From Convolutriloba macropyga (taxonomy: Eukaryota), in assembly GCF_964194025.1 (NCBI RefSeq), contig NC_134481.1:23064001-23128000 (forward strand): a DNA stretch of 64,000 nucleotides, in the 5' to 3' direction. The notes under the pieces were generated by a model, which did no database searches, was not told where the DNA came from, and saw only the letters and a program-made list of their open reading frames with translations. How positions within the stretch are numbered: position 1 is the stretch's first letter; the number at the start of each line of letters is the position of its first letter. A program made the position numbers and the translations under genes. This document shows positions 1 to 10,947 of the stretch, in pieces.

Positions 1-299
1 AAATGAATTCTTTTTTGAGGCTTAAAACGGGCTTCGTTTCTTGAAGAGGCCAGATGAGACGCCCCTCTCAATAAGGCAATTTTTCACGTCATGCTGATAA
101 AGGTTGTTAATATAGCAAGCAGGCAATTTAGCGTAGAACGACTTCAAAACACATTTCAATAATTCCATTGAAATTGTTCAAAATGTTGAGATTGTATACA
201 ATTAGCATAGTAGATTCACGGCGAGATATACTTCTTCTCTCTTTTTTTTGAAAAATATCAAAATAAACAGTTTTCTCTGCACCATATAGATACGACGTA

Positions 300-2565
300 A
301 CTAAGAAAATAGTGTTTATCCATAGATTAGAAGACCATATTGAACTATCGTTTCTATAAAGGAACGGTAATAAAGAATGAGAACGTTTCTACTCACGAAC
401 CTCCTAATTCTCGCGATCGCAAACACATGATTCGACAAGCGTTTTACAACCTTATCAACATGAAAAATGAATGCCCAGGTAATTTACAGAATCTGAGTTT
501 TTGAACCTCTGATTCTGGAGCCAAAAAAATGTCAGCCGTTGACAGATCCACATGAGTTTATATTTCTTAACATTCAAATCTAAATGATTACAAGTGATCC
601 ACTTTTGCATCTGTCATCCAGAGTTTTGGCAGAGTACAAAAGTGTTGTATCAATGGCAAACATATCCATGTCAAAACATTTGCAGATATTTAAAAGAGTC
701 GTTCGTATATATAATGAAAAGGAGAGGGCCGATTATTGATGAGAAACCTGAGAATGCTCCATTGATGAACACAGTCTGTTGCCGGTTTAAGAAATCACTG
801 CAGAACCAACTCAAAATGATTCCTCTCACAACATAATTTTCCAGTTTCTCAATCGTCAAATCATGATTAAAGGTATGGAATTCTTCATTAAATTCAAGGA
901 AAACACAAAACTTTTTAATTGACATGTTAAATCGTTGTTACTCAACTATACCTGCGATTGGCAATACTCCACTGCATGTATTTCGAAAAACTAAATGTTT
1001 TTCATTGAATCGTTTGTTCATAAATCTATGCAAAGTGATATTCATATGTCGTTTCAAGATTATGCTAACAACAGGCAAGATTGATACTGGTCGATAATTA
1101 ATCGCCGCAAATTTTGAGCCTTGTTTGAAAAGCGGAGTTACACTTGCCTTTTTGAGACAATCTGAAAAATTTTTCGGGAAAATGAACTATTCATAAGTCC
1201 ACTTAAGTAGGGAAAAATAACCGGAAGCATAGGTTTCAGTATTTTCACAGATATACAATTGAGTCCAGTTGATTTATTGGCATTAAGTGTGGTAACTATT
1301 TTCTCTACCTCTTCATCACCCACAGGAAAAAAAACATTGACTTTACGGCTGGTGACAAAATAATTTTCGTCGAAGTCTGATCAAATTATTCTATTTTTTT
1401 GCCAGCAATGTTCGTGAAATACTCATTAAACAAATCAGCTACGGTCTCACCATCATTAATAGTAGCGTCACCTTCGATTCGAACTGAGCTTTGTTTGCTC
1501 TTTACCCGGTGACCGTTTATTCGTTTATGTCTCTGAAAATTTTGTCGTTTGTTGAAATTGTACACAGGACTTTGTTGTTATAATACTGGTGCTTCTTATT
1601 CCTGACTAGCCTGTTGACCGCTTTCATGACCAATTTGAATCCCGGAAGGAATCTGAATGTTTTCTTTACCTTTTGATATTACTATCTCTTCTACTATTGC
1701 GCGCTGAACTTCCTTATCAAACGGAGGTACTTTTCCTACATACAAGAAACTATTGTCTTTATTGTTGCATAACTCTGGACGACAGACACAAGAACTTATC
1801 GAAAAATTCCTTGTCAACATATGGCACATCATTATACTCAACACTATAAAGCTGTCTTTCGAGATCAAGCAACATTCTGCTATGATCAGCTTCATTGTGG
1901 AGAAAGCTAACATGTTGCTTTCGCAAGCTCGGTTGGTTGCTCAAAACTTCATTTGGAGTTGTGACAGATGTAGCGTAGTCATCGGTTACAGTAACTAGAA
2001 TAATTTCGCTACAGAAACATAATTCTTTTACACATTATATGATCAATCAGAGTAGACTATCTCCCGCCGATCCGGGTTGCCTCAGAAAGATTTGTGATTT
2101 ATGAGATTATTCGGGTACTTTTCAGTTAGCTGTCTTGCTTGAGTCGGTCGATGTTCATATCACCCACTAAGTACAAGCAATCAATTTTTTCAGAGAATTC
2201 TTCCAGAATTTTATCAAAATCCACAGTGAATTTCGCTTTGGAGTTGGATGGCAAACTATGATCACAGCCCACAAAAAACAAATTATTCAAAACAGTCTTA
2301 TATTTCAGCATTAAAGTTTTTCCAAACTCTGTAACAAATACTTCAACTTTAATAGAATCGTGCATATACAAATGTGCTCTGATGTTTCCTAACGTGACAA
2401 CGGTTGAAAAAATATCGATTTTGAATTGAGTTGCAATCGATTCTTCCTCCAACGAGGTCTCTGTGAGACAAACGATAGTATTTTTGAAGTTTTTGCTAAG
2501 ATGATATTGAAGTTCATTAAATTTTTTTAAAGACCGAAAAATGACATGATAAATAGTATGATTTG
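300..2565 (-). mobile_element. Degenerate non-LTR retrotransposon (LINE, CR1/L2/Jockey-group) ORF2: APE endonuclease plus RT, with many frameshifts; copy 1
   Basis: Minus-strand fragments: HVIFRSL..IVCLTET and LYLVGDMNID (APE); NKSTGLNCISVKILK, KLENY.VRG...SWF, IIGPLLFIIYTND (RT). The 3' boundary is uncertain. Confidence 0.85.
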
Positions 2566-4046
2566 TTAATGTAGAATTACTGTAGCTATCAGTACGATGA
2601 GTTTTTTGAGAACGAGAAGAATACCCTACTGAAAAGGATTTTTTGCCTGTTTTAAAGCTTTTTCGTTTACCATTTTAACAAATTTTAAGTTTGAAACCTG
2701 TAAAAGTTTTAGAACAACTCGAAAATGTATATAGATAATCAAGACACGTTGTTGTATATTTGCATATCTGTAAATATTTACTTAACAAGTTTTAAACTCC
2801 TGACGATGGAAGTTATTGCGAAAACGTTCGAGTAGTTTAGCAATTTTATATCAACTTTTAACACTTTTTAGCTATTCGACATTTTTGGGAAACGCTCTTT
2901 GAACATCATACAATGTGTTTAGCAATGTGCCATACAATGTGCATACAATGGTGTCAAATCATCGTTTAGATAAATTTTAGCTGATTAAGATTGCAGGTTT
3001 CTCTTGTTCCGCATCAATTCTATTTTCTCTCTTCGAACAAAACAAGCAATCAGTCTGCCTCGAAGTTTGCTTGTCCCTCCAGTTCTGGGGCACATGCTTG
3101 ACTGCTCCTCTCTGAGATCTTGTAGTGAGCACAAAACCAGCAAAGGAGTAGCCGGGCCAGGAAGTTCTTGGGGATGCGTTCTGGGAGCCAGATCCTCGAC
3201 CAGACAATGCAGCCATTCCCTTCACAGCCAACACCAGTGCACTCCACCATATGATAACTCCCATTCTCGTCAGCAGCTTGGGTTGACTTTTTGTATCCAG
3301 AACCATCGTTCAGCTTCCTCTGAAACTATTTAAAAGTTTATCACAACAATTAGGATGGCTACAATTGATGGAGGGCTACACTGTATGTGACCACTAAGCT
3401 GGGGGGGCTATAATGGGAAAGACCCCAAATGTCATCAAGCGAATGAAATATTAGCTGCAAAAGGAGACATTATGCAAGCAGATTACAGAACCGATAGATG
3501 GCAATGCGAGAGTGACATGATCGGTCGTGATATTTTTGGTTGTGATAGGTTTATATCAAGTTCCATAGGCCGCTGAGCCGTGGCCCGCGAGGCATGGCAA
3601 AATGTGATGGTTTTATGTGTTAAAAATTAGATAATTACGCGTACCAATCATTTTTGCTTACAGTAGTTATCTCAACAGTTAGTGCTTCTAATTTTTCTTC
3701 TTTTGACATGGTCTAATTTTACGTCAGCTTATGTTCCGGACACCCTTCAAATAACCGGACACAGTCGGGTAAACCATTGATAAGAATCCAAGTTTACAAC
3801 TGTTTTAGCAATGACATCTGTGGTTTTTAGAGCTGACCCTTGCTTGTGTTCGATCTGATCTTGTCAACTGAGACAAATTGTTTCTTGTTTCCTAGGTTAT
3901 CAAACAAAACTTGAGGGAAACAGCCAACGACCCCGAGGTCGGAGACTTTTCTCAGCCGTTCGAAGGGTACTTTGTGCAAAGCTTTTGCCGAATCTGTTGA
4001 AAGGGGTATTTTATATTCGCAGAATTTTTATGTACTGATTTAAATG

Positions 4047-4465
4047 TGTGGTACGGTTGTACCATAATTTAGTTCTCATTTAGTAAAATGTACTTAATTA
4101 TTCTATACTTGTCCTTGTAAAACTAAAAGTCAATGTTCGCATAATTATAAATTACCGCCGACTAAAAGGTCATTATTTCATACTGTTCACACCTCCCACT
4201 TTTACTCAACTATTCATTCTTTTGAATCTTCTTATTGAATTCAGTCGTTCGCAATCTAATCTCTTTTCCACTAGATAAAATCTTAGCGGATTTGAAGGAG
4301 AAATCCATCCTCATTTAATCTGTCTACATTCGCACCGCGATTGTAGTCAATTCTAAAAGTAACAATCCATTTGACGTTGGAAATTTGGATTCGCACCTCG
4401 AATCCATACATCTAAATCTACGTGGATTCACAGCACGATTGTACCCTATAGTCAGGGTTATCACA
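4047..4465 (+). repeat. 5' LTR of the gypsy element
   Basis: TGTGGTA...TATCACA. About 6 substitutions (all transitions, counted by eye) versus the 3' LTR. Starts with the hairpin TGGTAC-ggtt-GTACCA. Confidence 0.97.
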
Positions 4466-5985
4466 TGGCGCAGTCAGCTACAAAAGAACGCGCACTCTTG
4501 GGAATCGAGCCCTTTTGGGAAAAACCGACGTTGGAACCTCCATTGCAATGGGACAGATGGCAGGTCATGCTAAAGTTAGCCATCATGGCTAAAGAAGGAA
4601 TATCAATTGATACTCTTCTTGACGACCCCCCAGACAACGTTACCCTACCTCCAGAACCCATCTACGAGGAGGACGTTCAAAACAGCACTGCTCAAAGCGA
4701 AAGAGACAGACGTACTAGGAATGAACAGCTAAAAAACTCATGGCTTAACCGATGCCAGAAAGCAGAACTTGTTGGCATACTATGTGGGGAAAAGCCTTGG
4801 AAATACTGCGACAGTAAAGCGGTATCCCTAACGTATCTCAGCCTGGGAGTTGAAGGGAGACGAATTTTTGGTTCACAGGAACCAAGTATTCAAATTGACA
4901 GAGTGACCATGAAAGTTCTTTGGGAATGCCTTGATGAAGTGTTCACCAAACAAAGGAATATTACATTTGACAGATATACATTCTTATCTCGAAAACAAAT
5001 GAAAGGCGAACCAGTGGAAAAGTTCTACGGGTGCCTTCGAGAACTTTCCCTAAATTGTGATTTAGGAAGCCATGAGGAATCGATAATACGGGATGTGTTT
5101 ATCGCTAACATGCAAGATGGAGAAAACCAAAGAGAATTGCTAAAAGAAACACGAGAACCTAAAAAAGCTCTTGAAGTTGCGATCAGTATCGAAATGGGCA
5201 TACAAACACAACTAAAAATCTCTGGAACCCCAACAACCAATTCAACTAATGAAGTCCATTCGATAAACAATGTCCAAGTATCGTGGAATAGAAAGCGACC
5301 ATCTACAAATCAATTCGTAAAACCGACAATCTGTCCAAATTGTGGGTATGGTTGGACTCCCTCTCATAGACAAAATTGTCCCGCCCGTGGGAAAATATGT
5401 AAAAATTGTGGAATCTCTAACCATTTCGCTAAGGTTTGTCGAAAACCAAAACAAGCTAGCAAACCTAGATTTCGAGTAAATTACGTAGATGACTCAATTT
5501 CGGAAGCGGCTACAGTCGGCACCACGACATCAGTAACCGAACAAGTAAATAATATTAGCAAACTCCTACAACAAAAGAGCATATACGATGCCAATTACGA
5601 TTCAGACTACGACGATTACGATGATAATTGTGTAGCGGCAATTTCATACAAAACTGACACCCGTGAGGTAGAACCCGTAAATTTGGACATTCGAGTTGGA
5701 AATACAAGCACGAAAGCATTGGTGGATTCAGGAAGTGTTTGTACGATCGTTAACAAAAATCTAGCAGACAAAGTGGTATCGGAATGTAAAGATAGCTATT
5801 GGATACAGTCTCCTGAAATACACGATTTAAAAACTTTCTCCAATGACATAATCAAGATAATAGGTATAATCAAGACATCAATAAAGTGTATCGACGGGAT
5901 AGCCACAGATGTTGATGTAACTGTCGTTGAAGATGGTCACCGACCGATCATTGAACGAGATCTTTTCCCAAAACTAGGTTTCTAA
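4465..5985 (+). CDS. gag: Gag plus aspartic protease portion of the gypsy gag-pol polyprotein (ends at a premature TAA)
   Basis: Zinc knuckles CPNCGYGWTPSHRQNC and CKNCGISNHFAKVC; protease motif ALVDSGS; capsid-like RKQMKGEPVEKFYGCLRELSLNC. Confidence 0.9.
   Translation: MAQSATKERALLGIEPFWEKPTLEPPLQWDRWQVMLKLAIMAKEGISIDTLLDDPPDNVTLPPEPIYEEDVQNSTAQSERDRRTRNEQLKNSWLNRCQKAELVGILCGEKPWKYCDSKAVSLTYLSLGVEGRRIFGSQEPSIQIDRVTMKVLWECLDEVFTKQRNITFDRYTFLSRKQMKGEPVEKFYGCLRELSLNCDLGSHEESIIRDVFIANMQDGENQRELLKETREPKKALEVAISIEMGIQTQLKISGTPTTNSTNEVHSINNVQVSWNRKRPSTNQFVKPTICPNCGYGWTPSHRQNCPARGKICKNCGISNHFAKVCRKPKQASKPRFRVNYVDDSISEAATVGTTTSVTEQVNNISKLLQQKSIYDANYDSDYDDYDDNCVAAISYKTDTREVEPVNLDIRVGNTSTKALVDSGSVCTIVNKNLADKVVSECKDSYWIQSPEIHDLKTFSNDIIKIIGIIKTSIKCIDGIATDVDVTVVEDGHRPIIERDLFPKLGF
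4466..4475 (+). other. Primer-binding site, complementary to the 3' end of tRNA-Ser
   Basis: TGGCGCAGTC immediately after the LTR matches the reverse complement of the invertebrate tRNA-Ser 3' end (...GACTGCGCCA). Confidence 0.75.
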
Positions 5986-8900
5986 GTTATCCAATCAAAA
6001 CAAGTGGCAAACATTGATCAAAATCAATGCCCAATTAAGCGGCAGATTTCTTTTGACTTTCCTGAACTCATCACCTGTGTCGGTAAATCTTTAAAACATT
6101 CAGTAAAGTCTACATTTCATAGTGAATTTACAACTACTCATCAAAAAGGAAGACGAGTACCTATTAATTTACAACCATTAGTTAATATAGAACTTAAAAA
6201 ATTACTTGATGAAAAACACATCATAAAATTAAACAGTTGTTCTGACAAAAATTTCATCTCACCTATAGTTATTACAGTTAAAAGAGATAAAACAGTTAAA
6301 TTAGCTCTAGATTCAAAAATTTTAAATAAGTCTATGCACAAAAACAAATATCAAATACCAAATATTGATAATTTGATTGACACAATTCAGCAAAACTTAA
6401 ACACATCCGCATCACAAGAAACAGCATATTATTCCACACTGGATTTGAAGTACGCATACAGCCAATTTAAATTAGACCCGGAAACGGCCAGACATTGTAA
6501 CCTTAATATTATTAACGGTGAGAGAACGGGAACATATCGGTTCATTACAGGTTTCTACGGTTTAACTGATATGCCAGCAGCTTTCCAAAAAGTAATGGAC
6601 TATACTTTAGTCGGACTAAAAAAATACTTACTGTTTTCTAGATGACATTGTAGTGGTTAGCCGTGGGTCCAAAGAAGACCACTTAAAACTTGTCTATCAG
6701 TGCTTACAAAAATTAGATGAGGATAATCTACGAATCAACTTACCTAAATGTCATTTTGCAAAAACCGAAATAGAATGGTTGGGATATACATTCAGTCAAT
6801 CTGGAATAGCTCCACTTGAGTCAAAAACAGCGGCAATCGCATCACTAACAGCACCTAAAAATTTAAGACAACTTCGATCATTTTTAGGTTCTGTACACTA
6901 CCTTGGTAAATTCATTCCTAACTTATCCCAATTATGTCATCCTCTTCGTCCATTATTAAAAAAGAACACAAAATTCATTTGGAACACGGAACATGACACA
7001 CATTTCCAAGCAATTAAAAATAGAGTAGCAAACGCCATAGAAAACACACACTACAATCCTCACTTGGAAACGCGGATCAAATGCGATGCCTCTAGAGCAG
7101 GGTTAGGAGCAGCATTAGAACAACGTTCACCTACAGGTTGGCATACAGTTGCATTTGCATCTCGATTCCTTAACTCCAATGAGGAACGTTATAGCATTAA
7201 CGAACTTGAATTACTAGGTGTTGTGTGGTCCGTCGAATAATTCAAATATTATTTATTTGGCAAATCATTTACAATCATCACAGATCTTCGAGCATTACTC
7301 TCAATGATGAAAGAACATAGATCAAATAAATCTTATAATAGTAGATTACCGCGATGGATTGATCGTCTTTTACCTTTCGACTTTAACATTGAACATATCC
7401 CTGGTGCAAAAATGGGGCTGGTAGATTATATTTCTCGCCAACCAAATCAAAAAGCAAAAGTTACAAACAAATATGACGAGGAATTTGCGGTAGCAACAAT
7501 TACCCGCATTCGTGACGCAATTGCAGCAATTTATGTAAATACCACACCACAAACCTGCCAATCACGACACTTTAACAGCGTCATTAACACACATTCCACA
7601 CGTGCCTCACATCCTCGCTCAACAAACTATTCCAATTCGCTTTCTGCCATTAATCGAAACACAAATCAGTTGCTTCTTAAATACACTGCACACGCAGCAC
7701 AATTGCAAACTCATTCTAATACCAGTACAAATCCAACTCAAATCCAATCACAATTAAATACTAAATCCAACCAAACTCATATCCACGTAATTGAAAACCA
7801 CAAAATGAGTACTTCTGCTTCACACAGCCGAAACCCGCAAACTCCCCCTACTCACAGCCGAGTGACATTTCAATCCACTCCAAATTCAGGAACAACTCGA
7901 TCTTCAAATGATGGACACCCTTCCCCTAGTGTAGAATTGTCCAAAGAAGAGGTGTTTGAGAACAACTTGACACAGTTGTTCACAAAAGGCTTTCCGGCAG
8001 TACTGACCAGCAAGGACGCAGTTCTGAAGGAGGTACGGGATTGCATACTTCAAGATGACCCCAGAGATGCAAGGAAGTCAACCCGTACCTATTCTCGTAC
8101 TGGCGAGACTTGCACGTCCGCTCGGGATTTGTTTGTGTGGACGAACGGGTTGCGATTCCACACTCAATTCAAGACGCGGTCTTGGAAAGCCTCCACTTAA
8201 CGCATCCAGGAAGTTGGGGGATGATAACGCTGGGCCAATACGCGTTCTGGCCGTACATGCACCGCGAAATCCTAAATAAAGCGGCCAAGTGCAAGCCTTG
8301 CACTGATATTGGTAAGAACCTTAAACCTGTTATTCCGGCGTCTAATTGGAAACCTTTATTGCCATGTACAGAGCCCAATGAAGAAATACAGATTGACTTT
8401 GGAGGTCCTATCACGAATGAAAAAGATCAAGATACATATTTTCTTGCATGTATTGATCGTTTTTCCAAATATCCTTCTGTAGAAGTATTTGATAAAGCAA
8501 ATGGACCAAATGTACTAAAATTTTTAGACGATTACATTCAAATCCACGGTGTTCCCCGAAATATTAGACTTGATCAAGCACGATGTTTAATAGGTTATAA
8601 AGTTAAAAACTTTTGCAAACAACATAATATTAACATACTACCTGCCCCTGTAAACGATCATAGAGCCATAGGATTATTGGAGCGTTTGATAAAAACAATT
8701 AAAAGACGCTTAGGCTGCATGAAATTAGACAATAGAAATAAAACATTCACAATTAAAGAAGCAATAAAGTCAATTGTATATCAATTACGTATATGTAAAC
8801 AAAAGACTACAAATGTAACACCTTTCCAAGCGCATTTTGGACGAAAGCCAAACACACCACTAAGTAATATAAGTACAACACCTAAATCATCTAATCTGTC

Positions 8901-9951
8901 ATATGAAAACATTCTTCACCACTATTTAGACGCCGATACTGTCCCTGTTGAGGACTACCTGGATGACAATGGATGGGTGACGGGAGACAGAAGCGACATT
9001 CTAATTGAAGAAGCAATGCAAAGAGCACAAGTTGACGCCGGACGCCGCTACAACGGCGAACACAACAAATCTGTATCTCGCTTCTTATTACACCCAAAAC
9101 TAAATAACCCCATCCCCAGATCGGAAAAGTCACTGGATTTGAAGCTCGCTCGCAAGGTGACTAAACGATCCAAACGAGACCTTCGCGGTCTTTGGGAAAC
9201 ACTGGCATCAGGAAGTACGGTTGTTCGTACATCGGATACGACAACCGTCATCAAAGAACCAGGAGTACCCGAAGTAAGTGTTCGCAATAGCGATATTGCT
9301 AAATTCGGTACTCGCGCCAAAAGGAATACTGAATTATGGCAATATGCGCAACGTCGACCCCTCCCATACGACAAAACCACGGAAGAAAAAATCGCACAGC
9401 ACACGAAGGATCTAAAGAAAAAGTTTCGCGGGGAGATCAAAATTCGACACCGCCCAACACAGTCAGATGCAGCATCGGGCGTGTCATCTGCAAATAGTAA
9501 CATCTCAAAAGCAATGTTGGCACGAAAACCACGAAAGCCCCAAGCCGGAGGAAAACGGTCACGTCACACATCGGTGAGTCTGAACACATCAAATGCATCG
9601 TCTGTTGCTGCCCCTTCAGTAACGTCTTCAACCACATCTCCATCAAATACTAGTACTAAACGAAACCGACGAGCCCCAGAATATTACGGATTTGAAAGTT
9701 CGGTCAATTCGGTTAGTGACGACTCAACAGCTCCGGTTTCCAAGAAACCGAAACGAACAAATCCGGTGATTGAGACAATTCTTCAAGAAGAAGCTACACG
9801 GCCGCCAGTTTCTGATACAGATTATGAACTGACGATTGCAAGCCCCTCTGCACCACCACCAGTGGGAACTTGGTCTCCTGAAGAGTACAATTACGAAGAT
9901 TACGCTCGGGAAGTTAGCATGAGTGTATTCGATGCGGAAAACCAAATTTAA
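5986..9951 (+). pseudogene. pol: Disrupted pol: RT, RNase H and integrase
   Basis: RT: LDLKYAYSQ, FYGLTDMPAAFQ, and FLDDI reached after a +1 shift in the A7 run at 6618-6624. RNase H: CDASRAGLGA, NELELLGVVW, with an in-frame TAA at 7238-7240. A -1 shift in the C4 run at 8059-8062. Integrase: HLTH..CKPC and a DDE core (QIDFGGP, RLDQA, LLER). Confidence 0.93.
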
Positions 9952-10386
9952 ACTAAAACTATTTCAAACTTTCATTGTTAACTTAATGAATTATTTCCAA
10001 TCTGTAATTGTTCAAATCTTTTCGGAATTGCCCTGCTTTTCCATTAATTTCGTGTTTTTGTTCAATTTTAATTCTCTATGTGTGTTAGTTCTACATTCCT
10101 TTAATTTGATGTTGCATTTGTAAAGCTAATTCGCGTATTATAAGTTGGATGGATTCGCATCACGTTTGTGCATTAATTTATATCGCGTGCATAAAATTTA
10201 CTGCATATGTTGTCAGTTTCCGTTATGTTAGTTTTCTCTTACATTCGAGACTCAATTACATTAATCCTACGGCACTCATTTATCGCTACTCACTATGTAT
10301 ACTATCTACAATAACCAGTACATATTTTAAAACTATTCTAAATTTTATACTGATGCAGTTTAAAATTTTTCGCTCAGCGCAGGATA

Positions 10387-10805
10387 TGTGGTACGGTTGT
10401 ACCATAATTTAGTTCTCATTTAGTAAAATGTACTTAATTATTTTATACTTGTCCTTGTAAAACTAAAAGTCAATGTTCACATAATTATAAATTACCGCCG
10501 ACTAAAAAGTCATTATTTCATACTGTTCACACCTCCCACTTTTACTCAACTATTCATTCTTTTGAATCTTCTTATTGAATTCAGTCGTTCGCAATCTAAT
10601 CTCTTTTCCACTAGATAAAATCTTAGCGGATTTGAAGGAGAAATCCATCCTCATTTAATCTGTCTACATTCGCACCGCGATTGTAGTCAATTCTAAAAGT
10701 AACAATCCATTTGACGTTGGAAACTTGGATTCGCACCTCGAATCCATACATCTAAATCTACGTGGATTCACAACACGATTGTACCCTATAGCCAGGGTTA
10801 TCACA
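10387..10805 (+). repeat. 3' LTR of the gypsy element
   Basis: Direct repeat of 4047-4465, same length. Confidence 0.97.
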
Positions 10806-10947
10806 AAATGAAAGCTAATTCTACAGGGAATATGCAGCTATATTTTTTTTATCCTGGCAAAGAATTGATTTTGAGATTTCGAGATAATTTGAAGGAAAAA
10901 ATTGCTTGGCTATGGATCGAGATGTTTTCATTAAAGAGTTAATGTAT

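Larger units (their letters stand above)
4047..10805 (+). mobile_element. Full-length Ty3/gypsy LTR retrotransposon (Mag-like, two zinc knuckles), 6759 bp, inactivated
   Basis: 419-bp TG...CA LTRs; 5-bp TSD AAATG at 4042-4046 and 10806-10810; PBS at 4466; domain order gag-PR-RT-RH-IN. Confidence 0.97.

Noticed and set aside
2907-2950. Short catacaatgtg repeats (and gttgtcacaagatgtgat x2 near 57385) as CRISPR-like
   Set aside because: Eukaryotic context, irregular or absent spacers; these are ordinary micro-duplications.
3896-3967. Exon-like segment (ttcctag...GG|gtac) in the duplicated unit
   Set aside because: No recognisable protein and no partner exons.
5983-5985. In-frame TAA between protease and RT as a programmed readthrough site
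   Set aside because: It falls after the protease rather than at the gag/pol boundary, and the element has three other disabling mutations; simple decay is more likely.
9048-9503. Antisense ORFs overlapping gypsy pol, FYCO1 and NOL6 exons
   Set aside because: Shadow frames of real coding sequence with no independent motifs.
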